From Octopus vulgaris (taxonomy: Eukaryota): a DNA stretch of 64,000 nucleotides. Of the stretch, positions 1 through 12,829 are shown in pieces; position 1 is the first letter of the stretch; every line of letters begins with the position of its first letter. The notes beneath the pieces are model-generated. The model had not been told where the DNA came from, made no database searches, and saw only the letters and a program-made list of their open reading frames with translations. Where the stretch lies: assembly GCA_951406725.2 (NCBI GenBank), contig OX597823.1, forward strand, positions 100,812,001 to 100,876,000, in the 5' to 3' direction. A program made the position numbers and the translations under genes.

Positions 1-1165
1 TGTGTACATCTGTACTTATGTGTGTGTATGTGTGCAGGTGTATGTAAAATAATATCCATTACTCCAATGAATGGACTTCATTCCCATTGTTCCGAATTCA
101 TTTGACCCACAAAAATAAAAAAAAAAAAGTACGGAATTGAGTGTTTGAAGTTCAGAAACATCAACAGATTAACTACAATGGATAAACCCATTGACACAGC
201 TCCAATAAAATGAATAACTCGGTTCTGAGAATCGTATGTGTGTAAAAACAACTACACGTGTGTAAAAACAGCCTTATAAGGTTCAAATGTCCATATAAGG
301 AGAAAAAAGTCGGTTCTTGTTGCTGAGATTAATCGATATACGTACAGCTGTTTGCTCCGCCCAATCTCCATTATTCACACAAATATAGAGAACCTAGATT
401 TACATGTTCACATAGGAATTCTTGCAAACCTGAATGACAAATGGTAAAAGCCATTGAAGATGGCTGGAAACAGAGAGTGAGGGGGGGCATATGTGCGTGT
501 GTGTATATGAGTGCAAGTGTGTGTGTCAGGACTGGGGGGGGGTTTAAAGAGAAAGAAATAATGAAAGTAAAGATATATAAAGGTAAACGAAAGTAATAAA
601 GGGAAAATGAGAGAGAGAGAGAGAAGGAGGAAGAATAAGGAAAGCGTGAAAGAGGAATGAGAAAGCGGGAGAAAGAAAATGAGTGACGAAGAGAGAACAA
701 GAAGCATTGAGTGCGTCCTTATGTGCGTGCGGGTGTTCATGTATAAAGGTAGAAAATATAAAGAAAATGTGTGCATGTGTGCCTGCGGGCATGTCTATCT
801 CTTTCTCTCTCTCTCTCTCTCGGCGAATATCTCCCCCTCCCTCCCCCTCTCTCTCTATCGATCTGTCTATTTGTCTGCATCAATTTGATAGACAACAGAA
901 AAGCCAAAATAAATAATAAACATCAAAATTCAACCTGAGAAGTGGCAGACGAACAAAAAATGGTTCGTAATAAATGTTTAAAATTTTGGCCCAAAGCCGT
1001 CTTTTTATGCCTGTGTGTGTGTGGAGGGGGGGGCAGCGATCCCAGTACTTGACAAGTATTTTATTTTACCAACCCCAAAAGAATAAAAGACTAGGCTGAC
1101 TGCATCAGTTTTTAATAATGCTACCAAAAGTTAATTCTAAGAAATTAAAAGGTGCAATCACAGTG

Positions 1166-1366
1166 ATAATAATGGTTTGAAATTTCGACACAAGGCCAGC
1201 AGTTTTAGGGGCAAAAGGGCTTAGTCGATTACATCAACCTTGTTTTATCAACAAGGATGAAAGGTAAAGTTGACTGCAGCAGAATTTGAACTCAGAATGT
1301 AATTAGAAGAAATATCATGAATCATTTTGTCCGATGCTCAAACGATTCTGCCAGCTCACTGCCTTA
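1166..1366 (-). mobile_element. tRNA-derived SINE with (ATT)n tail (common octopus-type family); further copies at ~960-1110, 2010-2193, 31360-31540, 32640-32856, 32910-33130 (-) and ~30868-31010 (+)
   Basis: Minus strand reads AAGGCAGTGAGCTGGCAGAATCGTT...TTCTGAGTTCAAATTC (A/B-box-like). The shared body aaggatgaaaggcaaagttgac...aatttgaactcagaa recurs at all listed sites. Confidence 0.75.
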
Positions 1367-1368
1367 AA

Positions 1369-1404
<36 letters not shown>

Positions 1405-1408
<4 letters not shown>

Positions 1409-1956
1409 GCCCTGATGCAGTACCAGGCAGTGGCTCTCATGGCTTCTGATCTTAACTGATTGGAAGTGTTATCATGTACATTGTTTTGTCTTGGTATAAA
1501 AGATGGGCTACAGCAAATATTCTGCTCAATACCACAGATTTGCTTGTCAGTTGTTTGACCTTAACCAGTTGAGCATGTCCCTTAGTGGCTGACGATATGT
1601 GCATCTCTGATCACGAGCAGACGTAGTGGGGGAGCATCATGTGTTGAGAGGGATTCTTTGGGGTTTGAATAGTTCACCTCTGGAAACATGGGTGGTTCTT
1701 TCAACATCCTTAAACAACCCTTATTCAGGGACCGTTTGAGCGGGATGGGCTACTCAACCTGAAGAAAATTCTAACTGGGCCCCATCTGCAAGGTCATGTG
1801 CTGTTTATCTTGATATGAGATCACCATGTCGCGCACATATGGTTGTGATGCATGTGCCTGGTGTACCTTTATCAGACGGGTAGTCATGATGGGTATATTG
1901 GGCTTCGTATATTTTACCCCAGTGTCACTTTGATGGCATGAACTGCTCTCTCACTC

Positions 1957-1958
<2 letters not shown>
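1405..1958. repeat. ~550-bp unclassified non-coding insert sitting inside an (AAT)n tract
   Basis: Complex sequence bounded on both sides by (AAT)n (1369-1404 and 1957-1992); no ORF. Interspersed-repeat nature is inferred from context. Confidence 0.4.
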
Positions 1959-1994
<36 letters not shown>

Positions 1995-3529
1995 TGATGA
2001 TGATGATGATGCTTGAAATTTTGGCCCAAGGCCAGCAGTTTTAGTGGAAGGAGGATAGTTGCTTACATCAACCCCACCATTTGACTGGTACTTTATTTTA
2101 TTGACCCCAAAGGATGAAAGGCAAAATAAACATCAACAAAAATTGAACTCAGAATGCTCCAAAGCAATTTTTCTGATGCCAAATCACTGCCTTAATAATG
2201 ATAATAATAATGCTGATCAGGAATTTTTCAAAAGGAGGGCACAAGGTCAGAAGGGAATATAATTCCAGGAGAAAAGGGCATATTAACATTATTTAGAAGG
2301 GTGCACTTCTTTTCTTGAGGGGTGAGGAGCACTAGCCCCTGAGGTCCCCCCTTGGGTCCACCCCTGGTGATGATGATGATGATGATGATGATTTCTTTTA
2401 CTGGCCATAGTAGTGGGCAGCCCACCTAGAGTAATTTGGGATTCCTTCCCCACAAAAGGTCCAGGATTACTCTGTTATCTCCAATAAATTTGACAAGCAT
2501 ATAAAAATTGTAAAAAAGAAACATAAGAGAAAAAGTTAAACATTTTTTTCATGAATGACAAAATGTCTTGAGTAATAAAGTAACATTGAATTGTAGAAGT
2601 TTTGTGTAAATGTCGAGAAAAACTGGAACAAATGAATTAACTGCTAAGATGTAATTATCTTAATGAATTTCTAACTTGAGAATTATTGTTATTATTAACC
2701 TCATCAACTAGATGGTAAGTTCCATCCCTGCCACAAAGTCATGGTTGGTTAAACAAAAAGGACAAGCATAGACGCACATGAGTGGATGTACCACATTGTA
2801 TTTATGTGCATTCCATATGTGCTGCATAGGATGCCAAGATGTCAAAGGATAGACCCGTTTCCTTTGGGAGTCATAAAAGGCAACCAAAAGAGATTGAAGA
2901 AGGATTTGCACTCCATAAATCTTCACCAACAAACAGGCCCATGGGTTGGAGGGGTTATTGCCTGAGTGGAGCAAAAGTTTCATCTGCCAGGATTAATCGG
3001 GAATCACCAACAAGTGGCAGATGCAACAACATGCTGTTACAGTACATGCACCTATACAATTACACAATGTGCATGTTATTAGACAATGAAAAGCAGTTGG
3101 GAAAGGAACTGTCTACTTCATTTTGTGCACAATATGCTTTTGTTTCCAATGTGAACCTGTTTAATTTGTTGTTTCAAAAGATTATTTTGAAAACCATAAA
3201 GTTTAGAGAAATTAATTTGTTGCACTGGGTCGATTCTCTATGTTACAAATTAGGTACAGAGACTAGAAACTGTAGTCATAGGAAGCAAAAAACACAATCC
3301 TTTCTACTCAAACAAGCACCACAAGAAATTTTGTCTTTCACTCTAATCCTACTAAATAAACATTCAAGGAATTTTTATTCCTTAAATTTTTGCTCCTTAA
3401 ATTCTTAATATTCAGCTATCATTTTTGTTTATTATTTGTATTTCTATTCATTTGTATATGTTAAGTAAGATTGTATTGAAGATATAGAGTATATAAGAGG
3501 TAGGAGTAGTGAAAAATGTTGAGAAATCC

Positions 3530-3624
3530 AGACCTGAAGATTGGAAGTATGTCGATTAAGTATTGAAATTAGATATCTTGTATCTAACCAATACCGACAT
3601 ACTTTCATGAAACACATGTAGGCT
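3530..3624 (+). ncRNA. Type I hammerhead ribozyme motif with long stem II (Penelope pLTR-type)
   Basis: agac-CTGAAGA (3534-3540), stem II tggaagtatgtcg/cgacatactttca with an inner hairpin, GAAA (3609-3612), cacatg, TA, ggct. Confidence 0.75.
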
Positions 3625-3756
3625 TATAAATGGAAAATATGGGATTCAGAATAGATATAGCTAGTATGAGATTTAATATTTAATATTTTATGGAGTGGTC
3701 GGGTATAAAATATTTCAGTGTTGATTGAGTTGAAGGTGGTTCTGTCTCTAAAACTA

Positions 3757-3801
<45 letters not shown>

Positions 3802-3853
3802 TATTATATATACATACTATTATATATACATACTATTATATATATATACTATT

Positions 3854-4158
3854 GTATCACCGTGACCGACCAGGCTATCAGATGTTGCTACACATCGCTG
3901 GTCACAATGCGCTTCGCATTGTTTTAGCCTTCAAATGACGCCACCCCACTGGCTAAGTGAGCAGGCCAACAGAAGAAAGAGTGAGGAAAGTTGTGGCGAA
4001 AGAGTACAGCAGGGATCGCCACCACGCCCTGCCGGAGTCACGTGGAACTTCAGGTGTTTTTGCTCAATAAACACTCACAACACCCGGTCTGGGAATCGAA
4101 ACCGCGATCCTACAACCGCGAGTCCGCTGCCTTAACCACTGGGCCATTGTGCCTCCAC
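3854..4158 (-). mobile_element. tRNA(Arg)-like SINE (OR-type octopus SINE)
   Basis: Minus strand: GGAGGCACAATGGCCCAGTGGTTAAGGCAGCGGACTCGCGGTTGTAGGATCGCGGTTTCGATTCCC (A box, TCG anticodon-like loop, B box), then ~230 nt of tRNA-unrelated body. Inserted in (TA)n. Confidence 0.8.
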
Positions 4159-4193
4159 ATATACTATTATATATATACTATCATATATATAAA

Positions 4194-5005
4194 CTAGCAG
4201 TATTGCCCGGCTCGTGCGCTCGTGCATCCTATGCACACGCGAATTAAGCTAAACTTGGATGAAGTTCAATCAAAATTCAATTATTTTGGTTTAAAAATCA
4301 AGCATTTAATGCCCTCTATTTTTGTGCTTACGTGTTCCATTTCCTCAATAGAAAGTACGTAGAAGCGTTTCATAAATTTTTGTTCATCAAGTAATTGCAT
4401 TGTTGAATTATTCTTTTAGATCAGTATTTCTCAACGGGGATTTCAGGGGAGAGTTTCAGGGAGTCGCTGGCGATGTATCGTGATGATCAAAAATCCAGCC
4501 TGCTAAAATTTGGTTAAAGTGATTCAAACTGCAGACTCAATGCAAAATAGTCACATTTAATTCAAAGCGTTAAAAATGTTATGAAAACAATTGGTATATG
4601 TTCACAAAGTCCAAACGATTAATACGAAAAAACCCTCCAGGCTACATCCCGAAAATTCATTTCTTTGCCGAATTTCTACAATGTTTATGGCGATTCATTT
4701 TTATATCTTGATTTTTTACTTTTCATGCAATTTACGCAAGCTTGCACGCGTGTTGAACATAGTTCACGTCAAACAGCTGACTGAGTAAAGTTCACTATTC
4801 AATGCATGGGATAAGGCCTAAACAAACACATTATCGATTTTTGCACTTGCGAGATGAATTTCGGAACAGAAATAGCGCAGTTCAATTTTCATTCGCCTAA
4901 ACTTTAAGTGACCCATTTTTGGTGGTTCTACGATTTGTTGGCTAGGAAGAGATGTGCCGGGAAGTTAAATATACAGACACACAAGTTGAGTTTTATATAT
5001 ATAGA
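4194..5005 (-). mobile_element. Non-autonomous Helitron
   Basis: On the minus strand it starts TCTATATATATAAAA and ends GC-rich hairpin + CTAG. Termini match the copies at 10451 and 17709. Confidence 0.7.
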
Positions 5006-5081
5006 TATACTATAATATATATACTATATATATATATACTATTATATATATATTATTATTATATATATATATACTATTATA

Positions 5082-5149
<68 letters not shown>

Positions 5150-5317
5150 TATTATATATATATATATATACTATTATATATATATTATTATGATATCCTA
5201 TAGTGGGTTACACTCCTAACCCCTATCTCACTTTGTACTATTATATATATATATATATACTCTTATATATATACATATATATATATATTTTTTTCTCTCC
5301 TTGTTTCTTCTGTGTCC

Positions 5318-5353
5318 CTTTCTGTAGAAGAGCGTACGCTCGAAACGTAAAAG
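5318..5353 (+). ncRNA. Minimal type I hammerhead motif with variant core, in a ~150-bp island within (TA)n
   Basis: cttt-CTGTAGA-a-gagc(gtac)gctc-GAAA-cg-TA-aaag; stems I and II pair perfectly. Confidence 0.65.
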
Positions 5354-5438
5354 ACTTTTTCTATTCCTGAGCGTTATACAAATACATCTGTTTTTTGTAC
5401 ACCACCTGTCTCTGTCTTTTATTTTTTTCGTAAACTCT

Positions 5439-5485
<47 letters not shown>

Positions 5486-5492
5486 TACTATT

Positions 5493-5534
<42 letters not shown>

Positions 5535-5639
5535 TTAAATTGAATAAGGGTAGAAATTGATATTAATCAATTAAAACCAGTGGCCTAGTATATTTTTAAA
5601 AATCCGAAGATTAAAAATATTTTTTACATACAAAATTTG

Positions 5640-6504
5640 ATCCACCGGAACTCAGCCATTGCGGACAATGCCAAATTCAATATTTTGATGGCAGACCTCG
5701 TCAGAATAATGCGAAATGTGTCTTCATGTGTGAGCCTACAGAGCTAAAGAGACACATACATTTCATTCACCGCATGCAGTTCTCAGGTTACAGCCATGAA
5801 GAAAGGATCAGAGTATACAAAGGAGCCATGAAGAAATTTGATACTATCTTATGTAATGATAGGAATGGGATTTACCCACTCTACATGAGCAAGTCATGGA
5901 ACACTATAGAAAGGACAAAGAAGAAAATAGGGAAGGCCAGCTCTTGGTATGATAGCCATAAATACCAGAGTGTCATGTTTGTCGACACCACCCCTAGAGG
6001 TGAACTGGCGTACCACTTTAGAAGGACCCTAGACAAACTTAAGCTAAGGATTAAGGTTGTTGAAAAGCCAGGCAACCCTATCAAATCCATAATCGGTAGA
6101 ACTTACCCTTTTAGTAGAACCTCCTGTACAGATAGGTACTGTACTGTGTGTAGATTTAGTCCACAAACAAACTGTAAAGCCAGAAATGTAGTCTGTATAA
6201 GATGTATACAGGGATGATGCAGTAACAAGATAACAACATACGTAGGGGAAACAGCACGAAGCATAGGAGAGCGGGTAAATGACATTGGAGAGAACTTAAG
6301 GAAGGAAAGAGCTTGTCGATTCTGTACCAACATGCCGAGCAGGAACACGGGGGCTCAATCAACAACATAGAAGTTAAAATCTTGTCCACGCATAGAACAG
6401 ATGCAACAATCAGACAAATTACGGAAGCTACACACATAATAGAAGATAAACCTAGCCTAAATAGGAAACTGGAATGGAACACTAGCACACACCACAACAT
6501 ATGA
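5640..6504 (+). pseudogene. Penelope-like element, 3' part: RT thumb/linker plus GIY-YIG endonuclease, frameshifted
   Basis: Frames give IHRNSAI..NILMADLVRIMRN, MQFSGYSHEER, VKVVEKPG-like IKVVEKPG, C..C..C linker, and NVV...YVGETARSIGER..QHAEQEH..RQITEATHI...LN (GIY-YIG signature). Confidence 0.85.
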
Positions 6505-6671
6505 CAGAAGAGGATCCCCATAAACTGGTTACAATATAAACAAAACCAAAAACATAATAAATAAAATACACAGATAAATAAACAAATAGAAATAAATAAC
6601 TATATAGGTTTTTTTTTTAATTTAAAAGATTTTTAAAAAAAATTTTCTTTTTTTAAAAAATTTTTTAAATG

Positions 6672-6708
<37 letters not shown>

Positions 6709-7020
6709 GTTATTACTAGTATTGTTGTTATACATACATACAAGCATACGTAATAATAATAATGATAATAATAGTAATAATAAGTGGATGTAAACAAGAA
6801 CAAAATAAAAAAAAAAAGAATAAACAAAAACAAATTACACGGACGTATATAAACAGAAGATACAAATATTACAGGCAATCCCCCCCACACACATACACAC
6901 TATCTAAACATAGATACACATAGAGATATACGCATGTGCAAATGAAGACTCATACAATAAAAATACAAAATGGCTGACAGTTAGTAAGAAGAGAACACAA
7001 ATAAGAAAGAAGAAAGCAAA

Positions 7021-7065
7021 GGACCACTGATGTGGTCACAGGAGTGTGACGAAAGAACTCTGGCC
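7021..7065 (+). ncRNA. Hammerhead motif in the pLTR of the upstream Penelope element
   Basis: ggacca-CTGATGT-g-gtcac(aggagt)gtgac-GAAA-gaac-TC-tggcc; one core mismatch (A9>T). Lies ~520 nt after the GIY-YIG stop. Confidence 0.65.
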
Positions 7066-7166
7066 GAAATAAGATTAAGATTAATGTAAAAAATAAATAA
7101 CACTGAAGCAAATATATAGTGCGTGTGTTTTTATTGGCTAAACTGGCAAAATGACTATTCCGAAAT

Positions 7167-7224
<58 letters not shown>

Positions 7225-7232
<8 letters not shown>

Positions 7233-7667
7233 AGTGAATTGAAGAAATGGAGTTGAACGAAGATTGAACAGAAATCGTTTTATTGCATTCTACACGTGTT
7301 TCGAAAGGCACAATTTACCAAATTCCGATTGAATAAGGAGACCATATTGTGTCTTTGTCTTCAGGATTTCCTATTTCTTCCTGAAGAGAAAGACACAATA
7401 TGGTCTCCTTATTCAATCGGAATTTGGTAAATTGTGCCTTTCGAAACACGTGTAGAATGCAATAAAACGATTTCTGTTCAATCTTCGTTCAACTCCATTT
7501 CTTCAATTCACTAATAATATTAAAATTCAATTATCCGCACCAACGCACGGTTGCAACACCATATGGTTGTACCTCCAACCGTGCTGTCTTCTGCTGGGAT
7601 TTTTGCTACCAAGGTATCGGTTAAACTTTTGATTAATCTGCAACAAGATTATTCATCTTTCTATTTC

Positions 7668-7670
<3 letters not shown>
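7225..7670 (+). mobile_element. Non-coding Penelope-type remnant: 142-bp inverted repeat with a hammerhead on each arm, plus a unique 3' extension
   Basis: Arms 7225-7366 and 7379-7520 differ at one position. + strand: ttc-CTGAAGA-gaaagacacaat...attgtgcctttc-GAAA-cacgtg-TA-gaa (7378-7457). Flanked by (TA)n. Confidence 0.8.
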
Positions 7671-7704
<34 letters not shown>

Positions 7705-7708
<4 letters not shown>

Positions 7709-7784
7709 CATTTCCCAATGCGCGGTGTCACTATGTCTCTCTCTCTCTCTCGCTATGTGGTGTCGGTTCTCCCTCTGTTTTCAT

Positions 7785-7825
<41 letters not shown>

Positions 7826-8155
7826 ATATATCTCACCTTCACTTGCTTCCACAGGCTTAGCCAATACCGCAGGATGAAAAACATCAAGCTAAGTTCCCGA
7901 CCTGTTTCCTCTTTTCATTGTTTTTGCAAGCCTTATTATTATTGTATCACCATCTAATAGCGTTATCGTTGTCTTTCGTCTCAAATGCTAGCTGAAGCAT
8001 AAAAACTTTCACTCACAAAAACTTATTCACACCACCGCAAAGCATTTCATCTCAATCCTGTCTTCTTTCTGCCGCCTAAAACCTCATTTCCCAATGCGCG
8101 GTGTCACTATGTCTCTCTCTCTCTCTCGCTATGTGGTGTCGGTTCTCCCTCTGTT

Positions 8156-8209
<54 letters not shown>

Positions 8210-9225
8210 ATATATCTCACCTTCACTCGCTTCCACAGGCTTAGCCAATACCGCAGGATGAAAAACATCAAGCTAAGTTCCTGACCTGTTTCCTCTTTTC
8301 ATTGTTTTTGCAAGCTTTATTATTATTGTATCCCCATCTAATAGCGTTATCGTTGTCTTTCATCTCAAATGCTAGCTGAAGCATAAAAACTTTCACTCAC
8401 AAAAACTTATTCACATCACCGCAAAGCATTTCATCTCAATCCTGTCTTCTTTCTGCCGCCTAAAACCTCATTTCCCAATGCGCGGTGTCACTATGTCTCT
8501 CTCTCTCTCTCTCGCTATGTGGTGTCGGTTCTCCCTCTGTTTTCACTGTCTCTCTCTCTCTCTCTCTCGGTATATATCTCACCTTCACTCGCTTCCACAG
8601 GCTTAGCCAATACCGCAGGATGAAAAACATCAAGCTAAGTTCCCGACCTGTTTCCTCTTTTCATTGTTTTGCAAGCCTTATTATTATTGTATCCCCATCT
8701 AATAGCGTTATCGTTGTCTTTTGTCTCAAATGCTAGCTGAAGCATAAAAACTTTCACTCACAAAAACTTATTCACACCACCGCAAAGCATTTCATCTCAA
8801 TCCTGTCTTCTTTCTGCCGCCTAAAACCTCATTTCCCAATGCGCGGTGTCACTATGTCTCTCTCTCTCTCTCGCTATGTGGTGTCGGTTCTCCCTCTGTT
8901 TTCACTGTCTCTCTCTCTCTCTCTCTCTCTCAGTATATATCTCACCTTCACTCGCTTCCACAGGCTTAGCCAATACCGCAGGATGAAAAACATCAAGCTA
9001 AGTTCCCGACCTGTTTCCTCTTTTCATTGTTTTTGCAAGCCTTATTATTATTGTATCCCCATCTAATAGCGTTATCGTTGTCTTTTGTCTCAAATGCTAG
9101 CTGAAGCATAAAAACTTTCACTCACAAAAACTTATTCACACCACCGCAAAGCATTTAATCTCAATCCTGTCTTCTTTCTGCCGCCTAAAACCTCATCTTC
9201 TCCCAAAAACCTCATCTTCTCCCAA
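7705..9225. repeat. Tandem array of four ~360-385-bp units, each with two internal (CT)n tracts
   Basis: Unit start acctcatttcccaatgcgcgg at 7705, 8081, 8465 and 8826, with a partial restart at ~9190. Confidence 0.95.
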
Positions 9226-9669
9226 TGCGCGGTGCGCCCGCCCTCCCACCCCCACCACCTATACCGGTGAACACTGTTCTCACCATCTACACCGGATACT
9301 CCCTCTTATGTTTCTCTATCTGTCTAACTATTTATCAAATTTCTCTATCTATCTAATTTCTCTATCTATCTATCTATCTATCTATCTTCATTCGTCTAAA
9401 ATCAAACTTCGTATCTTCGCGGTGCACCCGCCCTGCCCACCCCCACCACCAATACCGGATATCTCTATATTTTGCTCCATCTATACCGGATGTCGCTTCT
9501 CCCACCACCATTATAGGTGTCTACTCTTCGAACCCCCTCTTCAATACGCTATTTCACCATGCATTACCCCTCTCTCGATATCCTACGTTCTACTTGCCTA
9601 GAACCTGTCATCATTTCTCTGAACCACCCCTCCCCACTGGTACTCCCCTATATTTCTGCACCCCCACCC

Positions 9670-9915
9670 CACATAAAAAGCACCATCCGAACGTGGCCGA
9701 TGCCAGACCCCTCTGGCACCTGTGCAGGTGGCACGTAAAAAACACCCACTACACTCGCGGAGTGGTTGGCGTTAGGAAGGGCATCCAGCTGTAGAAACAC
9801 TGCCAGACTAGACTGGAGCCTGGGGCAGTCCCGAACTCCCCGGACCCCGGTCGAAACCGTCCAACCCGTGCTAGCGCGGAAAACGGACGTTAAACGATGA
9901 TGATGATGATGATGA
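9670..9915 (+). mobile_element. RTE-LINE 3' end / RTE-derived short element with (GAT)n tail; more copies at ~10056-10245, 25230-25662, 42580-42737 (+) and 21042-21352, 47715-47965, 59263-59500, 62763-62810 (-)
   Basis: Shared ggagtggttggcgttaggaagggcatccagc...ccaacccatgctagcatggaaagcggacgttaaacgatgatgat. The same tail ends the RTE copy at 28580-30047. Confidence 0.85.
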
Positions 9916-9966
9916 TATACTATTATATATATATACTATTATATATATATATATACTCTTATATAC

Positions 9967-10014
<48 letters not shown>

Positions 10015-10275
10015 GTGTGTGTGATTGTGTATAGAAGAGTATATTAATGAAGACAGGTAGCACGTAAAAAGCACCCACTACACTCACGGAGTGGTTGGCG
10101 TTAGGAAGGGCATCCAGCCGTAGAAACACTGCCAGATCTGACTGGGCCTGACGAAGCCTTCCAGCTTCACAGACCCCAGTTGAACCGTCCAACCCATGCT
10201 AGCATGGAAAGCGGACGAAAATGATGATGATGATGATGATGATATATAATGAAGACAAGGTTGGAATTCCTTTTA

Positions 10276-10401
<126 letters not shown>

Positions 10402-10450
10402 GACATATATAATGAAGACAAGGTTGGAATTCCTTTTATTAATATATATA

Positions 10451-10963
10451 TCTATATATATAAAACTGTAGTTATGTGAGTGTCTGTCCCCTTCGATTTA
10501 GATTCCTAACTACTCCCACATTTTGCGGTACAGTTTAACCAAATTCTGGTATCTTATAGTCGTGATTCATATCGAGCCCGTCTGTGTATTAGTGCGCGTC
10601 TACGATGAGTCTACGATTTTAAAAATAATTTAACATAATTTTTTATTCCATTTTAATGCATAATTTTTCGTGTGTCGATGGCGGCGGAGTTGGCGTCCAT
10701 GGTCACACTTGCACCTGTTTGCTTCTCCCTCTTCTTCCCTCCCTCGTGAAGCTGTGGGGAAGGGAGTGTAAGGAAATCAACGTTGTAAAGCGCTGTCAAG
10801 GAGACCAGCGTTCTTTTAGAACAACGACTTCATGGCTTGAAGACACCAAAACAGAAATGGCTAAGAAAGCCCGAATTGGCATCTATAAGGGAAGTAACTC
10901 TCTAAAAATGCTTATATAGTTATTTCCCTTACAAACCCGAGCAACGCCGGGCGATACTGCTAG
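10451..10963 (+). mobile_element. Non-autonomous Helitron
   Basis: 5' TC, 3' hairpin cccgagcaacgccggg followed by CTAG; inserted at A|T within (TA)n. Confidence 0.85.
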
Positions 10964-10995
<32 letters not shown>

Positions 10996-10996
10996 T

Positions 10997-11149
<153 letters not shown>

Positions 11150-11159
11150 TATACATATA

Positions 11160-12110
11160 ACTCTATAAGATGCACCAAGTGTAAGCTATGGACACATAAG
11201 AGGTGCAGCAATGTCAAAGGAAGGCTAACTAGGAAGATGGTTTTTGTATGTGGCAGATGCTCAGGAACAATAAACACTGAAAATGCGCTGAGACCAACTT
11301 CTGTCACTTTCCAGGGAGAAAAACTAGAAATAGTTGATAGCTTCCATTACCTAGGTGACCAAGTCAGCAGCGGGGGCAAGTGTGCTGAAAGTGTAACTGC
11401 TAGAGTAAGAATAGCTTGGGCAAAGTTCAGAGAGCTCTTACCTCTGCTGGTGACAAAAGGCCTCTCACTCAGAGTATAAGGCAGACTGTATGACGTGTGT
11501 GTACGAACAGCCATGCTACATGGCAGTGAAACATGGGCCGTGTCTGTTGAGGATACGCGTAAGCTCGCAAGAAATGAAGCCAGTATGCTCCGATGGATGT
11601 GTAATGTCAGTACTCATACTCGACAGAGTGTAAGTACCTTGAGAGAAAAGCTGAACCTAAGAAGCATCAGATGTGGTGTGCAAGAGAGACGTTTGCGCTT
11701 GTATGGCATGTGGTGAGAATAGATGAAGATAGTTGTGTGAAAAAGTGCCACACCCTAGCGGTTGAGGGAACCTGTGGAAGAGGCAGACCCAGGAAAACCT
11801 GGGACGAGGTGGTGAAGCACGACCTTCGAACTTTAGGTCTCACTGAGGAAATGGCTAGAGTCCGAGACCTCTGGAAGTATGCTGTGTGCGAGAAGACCCG
11901 GCAGGACAAGTGAGACCATAACCCGTGGCCTTCTACATGGGATGTAGCCAGCCCACTTATGCATACCTTCCCTTCTTGGAACACAAAACTCTACTTGTGA
12001 AGATGTGTTGAGGCAAGTGAGAATCAGAATCAGAATCAGAATCGAAATTGATCAATGGAAATTGCAGCTGAGTTACCAGTGCCGGTGGCACGTAAGAGAA
12101 CCATCCGAAT
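11160..12110 (+). pseudogene. RTE-clade LINE, 5'-truncated (RT C-terminus and part of 3' UTR)
   Basis: [14 protein letters not shown]...[16 protein letters not shown]...MLHGSETW...[16 protein letters not shown], with stop and frameshift. Confidence 0.9.
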
Positions 12111-12217
12111 AGTATACATATATGTATACTATTATATATATATATATTTACATACATATATATATACTACTATATATATATATATACACATATATATATA
12201 CATACATATATATATAC

Positions 12218-12256
<39 letters not shown>

Positions 12257-12377
12257 TATATATACTATTATATTTTAAAAATAGGATAAAATTTTAATAA
12301 GAAATCTTAACAAGAAATTATCCTGAAAAACCTAAAAGAAAAAAACTGTAAATTTTTTTCTTTGAAAATATTTAATT

Positions 12378-12744
12378 ATATTGTATAGATGGCATTATTA
12401 CACATAAATGCCACACGCTAGGAGTGACTCTTAAAGTCATAACTACCAAATATAAACACACTGCACCGAATGCAATTCCCAAAGCGAGTCATTCAAAATC
12501 AGAATTTAGCTCCATATCACCTGTGATTCCGCAATTAACACATTATACGCGTCCCTTGCTCTTCAGTGAAACGAATCCAAAATATATCATAAATAAACAA
12601 AAGCATCATACCATGTGGACAACCGTCGCCGTCATCGTAGCATAAGGAAATGTTTACCCAATGTGTTTATATTTGGTAGTTATGACTCTAAGAGTCCCTC
12701 CTAGTGTGTGGCATTTATGTGTAATAATGCCCTCTATACAATAT
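12378..12744. mobile_element. MITE-like element with ~80-bp terminal inverted repeats
   Basis: 12378-12460 (atattgtatagatggcattattacacataaatgccacac...aaatataaacaca) is the near-reverse-complement of 12662-12744. Confidence 0.75.
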
Positions 12745-12829
12745 GGAAACAAACTGGAAACAAATTGAGAAAGAGATCCTCAAACAAAACTGGCCTAAAT
12801 GGCTCTCCTCGCCAGACATCGACGTGAAA

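Noticed and set aside
335-360. caaacagctgta on the minus strand as a hammerhead 3' half
   Set aside because: GAAA is not intact and no 5' core lies nearby.
2839-3408. 189-aa ORF as a gene
   Set aside because: No recognisable motif; the C-terminal half runs through AT-rich non-coding-like sequence.
4085-4158. Functional tRNA genes (also 41770-41843)
   Set aside because: Acceptor stems pair poorly, there is no Pol III terminator directly after, and both continue into SINE bodies.
7895-7915. GAAACAGGTC on the minus strand of the tandem unit as a hammerhead
   Set aside because: No CTGANGA or stem II upstream.
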